Shown here piece after piece: positions 9,359-18,504 of a DNA stretch of 64,000 bases. Numbering within the stretch: the stretch's first letter is position 1; every line of letters starts with the position of its first letter. The position numbers and the translations under genes were made by a program. The stretch comes from a virus. The DNA is taken from IMG/VR virus record IMGVR_UViG_3300009790_000004, positions 32,001 through 96,000 of that record; one strand, given 5' to 3'. Below the pieces are notes generated by a model, which was not told where the DNA came from, searched no databases, and saw only the letters and a list, made by a program, of their open reading frames with translations.

Positions 9359-11487
9359 TGTTAGATGCTGCTCTGTTCGGTAAAAGTCAATTTTTAGGTA
9401 GAGACGGATTCCGTTGGTGGGTCGGTCAGATACCCCCTATTGCCGCACAAGAGGATCAGACTGCAAAAGGAGAGGGAATAGGAAATAGATATAAAGTTCG
9501 TATTATGGGATATCATCCTTTCAATGAGGATATCCCTAACGAAGATCTTCCATATGCACAAGTTCTACTACCTGTAACTTCAGGTAGTGGTGGAGCTGGT
9601 TTTTCTCAATCAGTTAAACTACAGCAGGGTGATACTGTCTTTGGATTTTTCTTAGATGGTGATAATGCTCAAATTCCATTGATTATTGGTCATTTTGGAA
9701 GAACTTCTCAAGTAAATACTGCTGAATATCAAGCACCATTTTCACCTTTTACTGGAAAGACTGAATGGACACCTACCAATTCTAGAAATCCAGTAGATGA
9801 AACTAACGAGGATAATAAAGAATCAATGACTCCACCAGGAACAGGTGGAGAGAAAAAAGATCAGGTAGGTGTAGGACAAAAGATTATTGTTGCTGATACT
9901 TGTAAGAGTAATCCCATTTCTGAAATGGCGAATACTGTTGAGAATTTAGGACTACGAGTTAAGCAACTGTCTTTAGCTGGTGCTAATTTACAAAATGAGA
10001 TTAGAGCTGCTTCTGACTTAGTTGAGATCCAAGCGAATAAATTCGTTGGGACAATGTTCACTAAACTTTTTGATAAGTTAGAGGATCTTGGTTCTCAAGG
10101 ACTGGATAAATTATATAAAATGGTTTATCGTATAGTCTTTAAGCTTACAAAATCTCGTACTGCTGCACATAGAGCAGGAGTTGCAGCACAAACTGCTATG
10201 GTTCCCCCTACAGCATTTTTGCAGGAATCTATTGGTTGTGTCGCAGCTAAAGTTGTTGAAGGATTGAGTGGTACTATTGAAGATCTACTCAAAGGATTTA
10301 TAGATGAAGGAAGAGATTATGCTGGATGTATGGGTGCTCAGTTTGTTGGAGCATTTTTAAATACGATTACTGATAGTATTGATAACTTAATGTCAGGTCC
10401 GTTATCTTTAGTGGCAAAAATTATCGCCCCAGGATTTAATGTCTCTGACTTTTTATTAAGTGCTGCTGGTAATATTGAGGATATCGCTTCATTCCTTGAT
10501 TGTAATCAGACTAATACTGGTAAGTGTCCATCAGATAAACAATATGTTGTAGGTGGTAGTAGTGAAGAGAAAGGAGATGATCCTTTTGCATATGTTATGA
10601 ATGCAATGAATATATCTAAGGGTGCTGCTGACCTTACTAATGCTTTTGAACAGAAATGGGGTAAGTGGGATATCTTTGGTGATGGTAGTCTATTAGAAGA
10701 TACTGGTAGTGGTACTATTCCTGGTGGTTGTTATGGTGGTAAGAAATCTAATTGTACTGGACCATATATTGAAATATTTGGTGGTGGTGGATCAGGTGGT
10801 ATTGCCAAACCTATTCTTGGTTACTTTGTAGACAACACTCCTGGATTGAGAAAGTTAGTTGGTGGAGTGAAGAGAACAGCAAGTATTATAGGTGCTGAAA
10901 TAAAAGTACCTGGTCGTGGATATCGTTATCCTCCCATAGTTAATTTCAGAGACAAATGTGATATAGGATATGGTGCTGTTGGTCATGCTATTCTTAATGA
11001 AGAAGGTGGTATAAAAGAAATTGTTATGGATTCTATTGGGGAAAATTATCCTGCTATAGTAGATGATGATACAGCAACACCAATAGGAATTACAACTGTT
11101 CATATTGGTGCTGGTGGAACAGGTTATAAACCATCAGATCCTATTGTTATTCCTGGTGTTAGTCCTACTGGTAATGTCTATATTCCTGTACCTGAAACTA
11201 ATGTCACTTGGCCAGATGGAGATCCAGTAGATCCTACTACAGGAATATCTACTTTCGTTACTGGACCTGGATTTGGTAAGACTACACCAATATATCAAAC
11301 TGTTATAGATCCTGATACTGGTACTATAGTTGAGGTTAAGGTTCTAAATATATTGAGGTTTGATGAGACTCTTCCTAATATTATCGTTAAGAGTGATACA
11401 GGAACGGGTGCTATATTAAGACCTGTCTTTGGGGATGTTCCGAAGGCTACTCAGGTTGGTATTATATCCGCAATCGACTGTATCTAA
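9358..11487 (+). CDS. gp5: Baseplate central spike gp5, N-terminal OB domain; no recognisable lysozyme domain
   Basis: GRDGFRWWVGQI, RYKVRIMGYH, LPYAQVLLP, GDTVFGFFLDGDNAQIPLIIG. Confidence 0.85.
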   Translation: MLDAALFGKSQFLGRDGFRWWVGQIPPIAAQEDQTAKGEGIGNRYKVRIMGYHPFNEDIPNEDLPYAQVLLPVTSGSGGAGFSQSVKLQQGDTVFGFFLDGDNAQIPLIIGHFGRTSQVNTAEYQAPFSPFTGKTEWTPTNSRNPVDETNEDNKESMTPPGTGGEKKDQVGVGQKIIVADTCKSNPISEMANTVENLGLRVKQLSLAGANLQNEIRAASDLVEIQANKFVGTMFTKLFDKLEDLGSQGLDKLYKMVYRIVFKLTKSRTAAHRAGVAAQTAMVPPTAFLQESIGCVAAKVVEGLSGTIEDLLKGFIDEGRDYAGCMGAQFVGAFLNTITDSIDNLMSGPLSLVAKIIAPGFNVSDFLLSAAGNIEDIASFLDCNQTNTGKCPSDKQYVVGGSSEEKGDDPFAYVMNAMNISKGAADLTNAFEQKWGKWDIFGDGSLLEDTGSGTIPGGCYGGKKSNCTGPYIEIFGGGGSGGIAKPILGYFVDNTPGLRKLVGGVKRTASIIGAEIKVPGRGYRYPPIVNFRDKCDIGYGAVGHAILNEEGGIKEIVMDSIGENYPAIVDDDTATPIGITTVHIGAGGTGYKPSDPIVIPGVSPTGNVYIPVPETNVTWPDGDPVDPTTGISTFVTGPGFGKTTPIYQTVIDPDTGTIVEVKVLNILRFDETLPNIIVKSDTGTGAILRPVFGDVPKATQVGIISAIDCI

Positions 11488-12491
11488 TGACTGCAAAACA
11501 AAAGAACTATAATAGAAGAGTCATTGACTGTAGAGGTCCACATTTCAGGATTGATAGTGGACATCCTCAGGTAGGACAGTGTGGTGCTGAAGTAGTTAAA
11601 CTCTATGCTACCAATGATAATGAGGATGTATTCTTACTTTCTCATAGTCAAGGTGGGTTATCTAGAATTTCTGCTGATAAAACATTAGAGGTTCGTGTTG
11701 GTGATAGGAATACACCAGGAAAGAATGATCTTAGGATTACTGCTGCTAATGGAAACATCACAGTTAATGCTGATAATGGTTCTATAAATGTAAAAGCGAA
11801 AAATGTCATGGTCAAAGCAGATCAGGATCTTGATCTTAATGCTGGAAGGAATGTTAATATTACTGGTGGATCTGGTAGAATTATGTTGAAGGCAAATACT
11901 GTTGCTGCATCAGGAAAGAGGGGTAATTTAATTCATAAAACTTTTGGACTTAAAATGTTTGCGAGTTCTTATGTTCCTAATAATATTCTTCAGGCAGCAT
12001 TTGGTGCTGATGCTTCAATCAATACATTAACTAAAGGTGCATCTGCATTTTCATCTATGGCTAGTGGTGGATTTGGTGGTTTTATTGCCGACTCTGTATT
12101 ATCTGAGACTGGTCTTGGTGGAGCATTAGGTGGACAACTTTCTGGTGAATTAGGAGGACTATTCTCTCAAGCAACTGATTCAATAGGTGGACTTGAAGGA
12201 AAACTAGGTGGATTAACGGATAAACTAGGTGGATTGGCAGATAAGTTACCATCAAACTTAGATGGTTTGGGTTTATCAAAAGGACAGTTGAGTAACATTA
12301 CTAACAAGTTGGGTAATTTTGATACTAGTAAGTTTAGTGGTGTTCTTGAAGGTGGTTTGGGTGATATAAGTAGTTCGTTGACTTCTGGGTTGGGTGGAAT
12401 TGAAGGAAAACTCGGTGATGTAGTTAGTAAGATAGATACTGATAAGATAACAAATAAGTTAGGTGATCTAACAGATAAACTAGGAGGTTAA
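11487..12491 (+). CDS. gp5 C-terminal-like beta-helix spike protein with a Gly/Leu-rich amphipathic tail
   Basis: ITAANGNITVNADNGSINVKAKNV beta repeats; C-terminal KLGGLTD-type repeats. Confidence 0.5.
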   Translation: MTAKQKNYNRRVIDCRGPHFRIDSGHPQVGQCGAEVVKLYATNDNEDVFLLSHSQGGLSRISADKTLEVRVGDRNTPGKNDLRITAANGNITVNADNGSINVKAKNVMVKADQDLDLNAGRNVNITGGSGRIMLKANTVAASGKRGNLIHKTFGLKMFASSYVPNNILQAAFGADASINTLTKGASAFSSMASGGFGGFIADSVLSETGLGGALGGQLSGELGGLFSQATDSIGGLEGKLGGLTDKLGGLADKLPSNLDGLGLSKGQLSNITNKLGNFDTSKFSGVLEGGLGDISSSLTSGLGGIEGKLGDVVSKIDTDKITNKLGDLTDKLGG

Positions 12492-12493
12492 TC

Positions 12494-12799
12494 ATGACAA
12501 TGACTAAGGCCATGAATGGCCAAGAAAAAACTGTATTTGGTGGATCAGTAGAATTCTCAGACGAGACAAATTTTATTGCTGATACTAAATTCGATGGCAA
12601 TCTTGTTGTTAATGGTAATTTGGATGTAACTGGTAGTGCTACTATAAATGGGGATATGGTTGTGACTGGGGAACTTGAGATACAGGGAGATCTTAAATTA
12701 AAAATCGGTGGTAACACATATACTGTATCTGGAACCAAATTGACAGGAAATCAAGGTAATCTTTTATCGCCATCAGATAGGGTGTTGACACTGAGCTAG
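12494..12799 (+). CDS. Small beta-helical structural protein
   Basis: GNLVVNGNLDVTGSATINGDMVVTGELEIQGDL hexapeptide repeats. Confidence 0.45.
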   Translation: MTMTKAMNGQEKTVFGGSVEFSDETNFIADTKFDGNLVVNGNLDVTGSATINGDMVVTGELEIQGDLKLKIGGNTYTVSGTKLTGNQGNLLSPSDRVLTLS

Positions 12800-12813
12800 T
12801 AGAGTGGTATAAT
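12785..12813 (+). promoter_or_regulatory. Consensus sigma70-type promoter driving the structured RNA and talC
   Basis: TTGACA(12785-90)-17 nt-TATAAT(12808-13). Confidence 0.85.
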
Positions 12814-12818
12814 TTGTT

Positions 12819-13020
12819 TGTTGGGTTGATCGCCCAACATGGGAGTGACTGAATAAACTTGCTGGCATATGGCTAGTTAAGGTGATGCAACAGGCGTGGT
12901 GGCCGCTAGGAGGAGTCTCCTAGAACTAACTTACCAGTTAGGTTGTAGACTGATCGGAAAAATCTACTCAATGTAGCAATGCCCCGATCCTGTTGGTACA
13001 CATAAATCCAACCTCCCCAC
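12819..13020 (+). ncRNA. manA RNA: Probable manA RNA motif
   Basis: ORF-free and GC-enriched; 5' hairpin TGTTGGG/CCCAACA; closing GGGAG...CTCCC; internal stems CTAGGAG/CTCCTAG, CTAACT/AGTTAG, GTTGG/CCAAC, GGCAT/ATGCC; GGGAGTGACTGAATAA...AAGGTGATG...AATCCAACCTCCC matches my recollection of the manA consensus; upstream of a sugar-metabolism gene in a cyanophage. Confidence 0.75.
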
Positions 13021-13041
13021 TCAAATATTTACTGTTGAATC

Positions 13042-13233
13042 ATGAAAGAAGAATTTCTTGAAGAAGTGGTCGTTGATGTACAGTCTCGTCGAGTAGTAGT
13101 CGTCTCCAGTCTTGGAGATAGAAAGGTAGTCGATTGTGATACATTTGACGAGTTTATGGGAGTATTAAACTTTGTTAGGAGTACATTAAGTGAAGGTGAA
13201 ATAAAGTATACTAGCGTTGCTACTGCTGACTAA
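13042..13233 (+). CDS. Conserved hypothetical cyanophage protein
   Basis: 63-aa ORF between the RNA and talC. Confidence 0.6.
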   Translation: MKEEFLEEVVVDVQSRRVVVVSSLGDRKVVDCDTFDEFMGVLNFVRSTLSEGEIKYTSVATAD

Positions 13234-13259
13234 ATACGATGGAACCAACTACATTAGGT

Positions 13260-13913
13260 ATGAAATTATTTTTGGATACTGCGGATACAAGTTTGATTCG
13301 CAAGTATCATTCCACTGGACTCATTGATGGGGTCACAACAAATCCAACTTTAATTCGTAAGAGTGGTAGAGACCCTGAAGAGGTTTACCAAGAGATTAAA
13401 GAAATTGGTATTAGAGATATAAGCATGGAAGTCGTTGGTAATGGCGAAGAAATGCTTGTAGAAGGAAGAAGACTTGCTAGAAAGTTTGGTGATGTGGCAA
13501 CTATTAAAGTTCCATGTACTAGAGGTGGATTAGCAGCATGTAAGATTTTATCTAGTGAAGTTATTAGAGTAAATGTGACATTAATTTTTAATGCTGCACA
13601 AGCATTACTTGCTTCTAAGGCAGGTGCTAAGTATGTGTCACCATTTGTAGGTAGATTGGATGACAATGAGATTAATGGTTTAGATGTTATAGAAGAGATC
13701 CACAAACTCTATGAGGTACAGAAACAATATAATACAGAAATTCTTTCTGCTTCAATTAGAGATGTTAAGAGTGTAGTTTATTCTTTCCTTAATGGTGCTA
13801 ACTTAGTTACTATGCCACCAACAATATTCGATAAGATGTATAATCATGTTCTTACGGACAAAGGATTAGACTTGTTTGATGCTGATTGGAAAGCAGTTAA
13901 GGCTAATGGATAA
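13260..13913 (+). CDS. talC: Transaldolase TalC (start at 13260 or 13239)
   Basis: MKLFLDTAD, GVTTNPTLI, ATIKVP (Schiff-base Lys), VNVTLIF, YVSPFVGRLDD, ASIR, HVLTDKGL. Confidence 0.95.
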   Translation: MKLFLDTADTSLIRKYHSTGLIDGVTTNPTLIRKSGRDPEEVYQEIKEIGIRDISMEVVGNGEEMLVEGRRLARKFGDVATIKVPCTRGGLAACKILSSEVIRVNVTLIFNAAQALLASKAGAKYVSPFVGRLDDNEINGLDVIEEIHKLYEVQKQYNTEILSASIRDVKSVVYSFLNGANLVTMPPTIFDKMYNHVLTDKGLDLFDADWKAVKANG

Positions 13914-14088
13914 AATAAAATCTAATCCTAAAGATAATCCCGAAGATTACTTTACTATCACAGCAGATGGATTTGTTTGGCCACTTCAAAATGGATGTGT
14001 AGGACCAGATGAACCAATATATCATAAAGATGATATAGATTTGATAATGAATAGGATGTATAAAACTGATAATAATGATGGACCCTAA
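13906..14088 (+). CDS. Small hypothetical protein
   Basis: MDKIKSNP... overlaps the talC stop and the next start. Confidence 0.45.
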   Translation: MDKIKSNPKDNPEDYFTITADGFVWPLQNGCVGPDEPIYHKDDIDLIMNRMYKTDNNDGP

Positions 14089-14581
14089 GGTCGTTGACAA
14101 TTTTCTACCCAAGGAAGACCATGAAAGAGTAGTAGATTTACTCCAGAATGTTTTTCCTTGGTTTTATAATGATCTTGTTGTTAGTCCGTTAGATCTTAAA
14201 GATCCTGACAAATATCAAATGGTGAGTCCTATATGGGCAGAGGGAAAATTTCATAATGAAGTTTGTCTTACTCCAGAAATTGCTGATATTTTTGGACCTA
14301 GGTTAAAAGTACAATCTTGGGTTAGAATTAAAGCAAATTTTTCACCAAAGAATACAAGAATTATAGAACAAGATTTGCATCGTGATGGAAGTTTTGGTGA
14401 CTATACTGCTGTCTATTATATTAATGGTTGCAATGGTTATACATACTTCAAGGATGGTTATAAGGTGAAAAGTGTTGCTAATCGTATAGTAATTTTTCCT
14501 AGAGATACTATGCATAGTGGTACTACATCTTCTGACTCTTATAGGCAAGTTATTAACTTTAATTATTACGGCTATGATTAA
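14075..14581 (+). CDS. 2OG-Fe(II) oxygenase-like protein
   Basis: VVDNFLP, HRD (HxD), TAVYYIN..NGYT, NRIVIF, HSG, RQVINFNY. Confidence 0.75.
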   Translation: MMDPKVVDNFLPKEDHERVVDLLQNVFPWFYNDLVVSPLDLKDPDKYQMVSPIWAEGKFHNEVCLTPEIADIFGPRLKVQSWVRIKANFSPKNTRIIEQDLHRDGSFGDYTAVYYINGCNGYTYFKDGYKVKSVANRIVIFPRDTMHSGTTSSDSYRQVINFNYYGYD

Positions 14582-15440
14582 ATTCGGTGGTGCTCAAATT
14601 CCTGTAGGAATTAATATACAATCTAACAAAAAAGAAATTTTAAAAGCAATTGACTGGGCAAAAGAAAATGAAGTTGACCATCTTTTGACACCAGAAGCTG
14701 CTTTATCAGGATGGGATCGTGAGTGGATTACCCATATAGATGAAATTAAAGATGCATTAAAAGAGATAGAAGATGCTCAAAAAGCAGCAGGAATATATTT
14801 ACACTTAGGAACCAATTTTGTAGAACCAGAAGAGAAAGGTATAATCAATAGAAATGAAATCAGACATTATGATTCTGATGGTATACTAAGAGGTGCTACA
14901 TACAAGACTCTTTGCGTTGATATGGAAACTGCTCTTGGCAGAGATCCACAAATAGATTCATTTACTATTATTGATCTTGTTAAAGATGATGAGCAACAAT
15001 GTCTTGGTGCTGGATTGATATGTAATGATATGTGGGGATATGCAGAGGCATCTACTAAACCTATTACTACACTATACAAAGAACTAGGAATACTTGATGT
15101 AATATTACATGCAACTAATGGTGGAAAAACCGATCCAAGTAATCCATCATGGTTAGTATTTGAGAAATGGCATGATGCATATTTAAGAATGGCAGCATGG
15201 AATTGTATGGTTCCTATATTTACTGTTGATGCTTGTACTGATTGGAGATGGGATGGAAATGAGGATGAAGTAGACAAATACACTACATCTAGTGAGAGTG
15301 GATGGATCAATAGCCAGGGATGGCAGACTAAGGTTCCAAGAAGGGGTCGTCAGTATTTTACATATGAATTTGAACCACCAGTTAAGACAAAACTATCTGA
15401 TGTTTATAATGACATAGGTGGTAGGTTGTATAGAAAATAA
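14574..15440 (+). CDS. Carbon-nitrogen hydrolase (nitrilase superfamily)
   Basis: GAQIPV, TPEAALSG (Glu), TYK (Lys), GLICNDMW (Cys) catalytic triad; likely start ATG 14574. Confidence 0.8.
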   Translation: MIKFGGAQIPVGINIQSNKKEILKAIDWAKENEVDHLLTPEAALSGWDREWITHIDEIKDALKEIEDAQKAAGIYLHLGTNFVEPEEKGIINRNEIRHYDSDGILRGATYKTLCVDMETALGRDPQIDSFTIIDLVKDDEQQCLGAGLICNDMWGYAEASTKPITTLYKELGILDVILHATNGGKTDPSNPSWLVFEKWHDAYLRMAAWNCMVPIFTVDACTDWRWDGNEDEVDKYTTSSESGWINSQGWQTKVPRRGRQYFTYEFEPPVKTKLSDVYNDIGGRLYRK

Positions 15441-15487
15441 CATAAGTAAAAATGCTAAATAGAGAGGCCAAGAAGTATCATTCTTAA

Positions 15488-15985
15488 ATGAAAAAACTTA
15501 TACCTTTCCTGATGCTTGCGAGCCTTGGTGCTATTGCTAGTCCAGCAAAGGCAGACCTAACATCTAGATTTACTTCCAGTGTCCAACTGCAAGTCAATGC
15601 TGCTGCAACACAGATGCAGAGAGTAGGTAACTCTTATAGTATCTCTGGTACTAATGTAGACACAACTGATGGTACGACAGCTAACACAGTGTCAGCTGGT
15701 TCCATAGCATCGGGTGTCTATGGTCCTGGTACTATTAGTGCTGTTCAAGACGATCCAGGTGAGGCGTTCAGCTTCTCAACTGCGTTCACTCAAGGAGATG
15801 CTCTGGTAACATCTGCTCCTTCAGTAGGTGCTGTTAGTGCATTAAGTAACCAATTGTCTACTGGGGCTGGAACCGCAGGATCCCTGGCTGGGACTGTGAC
15901 TTCGCAAGGTGCTCTGACCTTAACAGCTGGTGGGGCTGGTACTGTAGCTACGGGTCAGTTTGTATCTGAGCTTCAAATCGACTAG
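15488..15985 (+). CDS. Secreted beta-rich hypothetical protein
   Basis: Signal peptide MKKLIPFLMLASLGAIASPAKA; Ser/Thr/Gly/Ala-rich. Confidence 0.7.
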   Translation: MKKLIPFLMLASLGAIASPAKADLTSRFTSSVQLQVNAAATQMQRVGNSYSISGTNVDTTDGTTANTVSAGSIASGVYGPGTISAVQDDPGEAFSFSTAFTQGDALVTSAPSVGAVSALSNQLSTGAGTAGSLAGTVTSQGALTLTAGGAGTVATGQFVSELQID

Positions 15986-15990
15986 GAGCC

Positions 15991-16458
15991 ATGAAAAGGC
16001 TTATAACTATATTACTATTACTAAGTAGTGCTGGTGCTGCAAGAGCAGTGCCAGTGGTCCCCAATTTTCAGCAGGGCTCAATGACGAGCCATACCGAAAC
16101 TGAATCTACAGTGACGGAAACCATAAATTCCATAGATTATCGTACAGGATGGGAATACTCAGTGACTGGGGTAGGCATCGACAACAATGGCGAGGCTTTG
16201 AATCCCCCAACATCAACCTCAACAGTAACAATCAACCCAACAGTGGGGTCAGGAGAAGGAGCCATAACAGGGGCAGTAACTTCTTCGTTCGATGCTTTAG
16301 ACATGTCAGCAACAAACAACTTCACGATTCACGAACCTGGCGGAGCCTTTCAATTCAGTCAGAGTTATCAAGGACCAGGTATGACCAACCAGACCCTGAT
16401 ACAAAGAGTCACCACCATAAAAAGTGTGACAGACACAACAAGTACATTCACTCAATAA
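15991..16458 (+). CDS. Secreted Thr-rich hypothetical protein
   Basis: Signal peptide MKRLITILLLLSSAGAARA; GGAG ribosome-binding site upstream. Confidence 0.7.
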   Translation: MKRLITILLLLSSAGAARAVPVVPNFQQGSMTSHTETESTVTETINSIDYRTGWEYSVTGVGIDNNGEALNPPTSTSTVTINPTVGSGEGAITGAVTSSFDALDMSATNNFTIHEPGGAFQFSQSYQGPGMTNQTLIQRVTTIKSVTDTTSTFTQ

Positions 16459-17504
16459 GGAAGCTATGTCTACTCCTTGCTCTAAGTGCCAATGCAATCC
16501 CTGCGTATGCGGAAGGGGTAGGAGGAGTTAGTGCTACTGCAAATCCAATCGCCAATAGTTCTGGCTCAGTAACTAACCAGGCAATACAAGTTTTACAAGG
16601 TCCATATGTAACCAACACCTACGGTGGTGGTGTTAGCTGTCAAGGTACGACTCTTAACATGACACCGTATATTCAGTTTGCCGACTCTAGGAAGTGGCCA
16701 TGGGAAGATTACTATAACGAACCACAATATAATCTAACAGATGTAGAAGGAAGGACAGTTAAACAGACAGTAACAGTAAAGAACTATCCTTGGGAGTCAT
16801 GGTACGATGATCGTACTAAGGCAGATGGTAGTAGATGGTTTGAAGATGGAGATGATATACAAATAGAAATAGATGTACCAACTGCTGATGGTGTACCTGA
16901 TATTGTAGGTAGTGGTGGGGAAATGACCCCGACATGGTACAAACCAGTGCGTACTGATATGAGAGCAAACCAGTCCTTTAACATGGGTCTCTCTGCTACT
17001 CTCTCAATACCATTGAATAGAGGTATGCAAAGGAGATGTAAGGAGGCAGCAACAGCACAGATTAATCATCAAATACAGTTGACATCTAATAAGCGACTTG
17101 ATTTTGAAATCGCAAGATTGAAAAATTGTGGTGAGTTAAAAAAAGCTGGAATATTTTTCCACCCTGCATCGCCGTATCATAGTATATGTGCTGATGTTGT
17201 AGTAACTGCACCAGGTGGTCAGATCATGCCACACGAGCATCAGATACCACAACCTAATTGGACGGTTCCTTCTTCAGAGTCTTCTTCTTCTTCCCAAAGT
17301 TCAGAGGTAACATCCCCTTCTTCTCTCGATAACGGTTCGTCATCTGTTCAGACAAATTCGGACGGTGAGGGGTCTGACCAAGCATCGTCTTCACCTTCGT
17401 CATCACTTTCTTCACAATCGGCTTCACAACTTTCAAAAGAAGATCAGCTAGGGGTTTTGCAAGTAGGGCAGATGTCGTTGCCACAGCAGCAATCGATGCC
17501 GTAG
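16455..17504 (+). CDS. Secreted Cys-containing hypothetical protein, probable ATA start (frame open from 16149)
   Basis: Signal-peptide-like IRKLCLLLALSANAIPAYA begins at ATA 16455, overlapping the upstream TAA. Confidence 0.55.
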   Translation: MRKLCLLLALSANAIPAYAEGVGGVSATANPIANSSGSVTNQAIQVLQGPYVTNTYGGGVSCQGTTLNMTPYIQFADSRKWPWEDYYNEPQYNLTDVEGRTVKQTVTVKNYPWESWYDDRTKADGSRWFEDGDDIQIEIDVPTADGVPDIVGSGGEMTPTWYKPVRTDMRANQSFNMGLSATLSIPLNRGMQRRCKEAATAQINHQIQLTSNKRLDFEIARLKNCGELKKAGIFFHPASPYHSICADVVVTAPGGQIMPHEHQIPQPNWTVPSSESSSSSQSSEVTSPSSLDNGSSSVQTNSDGEGSDQASSSPSSSLSSQSASQLSKEDQLGVLQVGQMSLPQQQSMP

Positions 17505-18180
17505 TCGTTACAGTACCTACAGTTGGTAGAAATTGTTCTATTGCTGGAACAGGTTCCCATATTGTTTCGCATATCTTACCGTCAGGAGTCAATTTATATT
17601 CTTTAACTTTTTCTGTACCTGCTTGATTCATATCTCCTATTCTTTTAGCATTTAGTGGAGGACATTCTACATCTTCTGCTGTATCTCCTCCAGTTGGAGG
17701 AGGATCTGGAGTGTCTAGATCAGGAGCTGGTGGTGTACCAGTGTCTACTCCATCTGCTTGTGGTTGTTCTTGAGTAATAGTTTGCCAAGTTAGTTCTCTA
17801 TAATCATAGTCAGGTGGTTCATAGTATGGAGCACCAGCATCACACAATACTACATTTCCTTTGGGGTCATCATTGACCAGCATTTTATTTTTATTTCCTT
17901 CAAACTTAGTATTATTCTCCTTACTTACCTTAACACAACCAGGCATATTAACAATAGGAGTTCCAACTCTTTCAGTAACAGGAACTACTACTGGTATTGC
18001 TTGAGATGGTTCTACTAACCATATGCGAGCATTAGCAATATTATTAACACCAACTCTTTGTATATTTGTATTACCAATTCTTCTAGATCCAATAAATTGG
18101 ATACCAGCATTGTCAACTCGTATCAGGGGAATACCAGTACCGTTAACTTCTACCTTAGGTATATTGTTAATTTCGCTCAT
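17254..18180 (-). CDS. Hypothetical membrane-associated protein with Cys pairs and a Pro-rich linker
   Basis: PIVNMPGCV, hydrophobic TTASIAAVATTSALLAKPL segment, basic tail; overlaps the convergent gene by about 250 bp. Confidence 0.65.
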   Translation of the reverse strand: MSEINNIPKVEVNGTGIPLIRVDNAGIQFIGSRRIGNTNIQRVGVNNIANARIWLVEPSQAIPVVVPVTERVGTPIVNMPGCVKVSKENNTKFEGNKNKMLVNDDPKGNVVLCDAGAPYYEPPDYDYRELTWQTITQEQPQADGVDTGTPPAPDLDTPDPPPTGGDTAEDVECPPLNAKRIGDMNQAGTEKVKEYKLTPDGKICETIWEPVPAIEQFLPTVGTVTTTASIAAVATTSALLAKPLADLLLKVVKPIVKKVMTKVKTMLGQTPHRPNLSEQMTNRYREKKGMLPLNFGKKKKTLKKEPSN

Positions 18181-18433
18181 TTGGTACTACTTGCTTATAA
18201 TTTTTATCAGGGATTTGTAATCCTTTAACAGGACCAGATGATTTTGGCCAAGCATTCACTAATTGTAGATATACTTCTTCTCTAACAACTTTCCTAATTT
18301 TTTCTATTTGAGCATCTTCTCGTTTTTGAGGACCACCAGTTTGCTGGTCAATGACATGGTTACCACCAACTAATGCACCAGTACCAACTACTGCTACTGC
18401 TGTTCCTGTGGATGCTATCTTTTGTAAATCCAT
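18167..18433 (-). CDS. Small membrane-anchored hypothetical protein
   Basis: N-terminal hydrophobic segment; late promoter upstream. Confidence 0.6.
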   Translation of the reverse strand: MDLQKIASTGTAVAVVGTGALVGGNHVIDQQTGGPQKREDAQIEKIRKVVREEVYLQLVNAWPKSSGPVKGLQIPDKNYKQVVPNERN

Positions 18434-18452
18434 CTATTTAGCGTTACCGATG

Positions 18453-18472
18453 TATTTATCGTTGACTAAATA
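18453..18472. promoter_or_regulatory. Back-to-back late promoters
   Basis: ATAAATA on minus (18453-59) and CTAAATA on plus (18466-72) between divergent genes. Confidence 0.5.
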
Positions 18473-18504
18473 ACAGGAGCAAGTACTTTCTTGAACCTGA
18501 AGAG

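Noticed and set aside
16149-16454. N-terminal 102 aa of the 451-aa ORF
   Set aside because: Lies fully inside the upstream gene in another frame; the signal peptide starts at 16455
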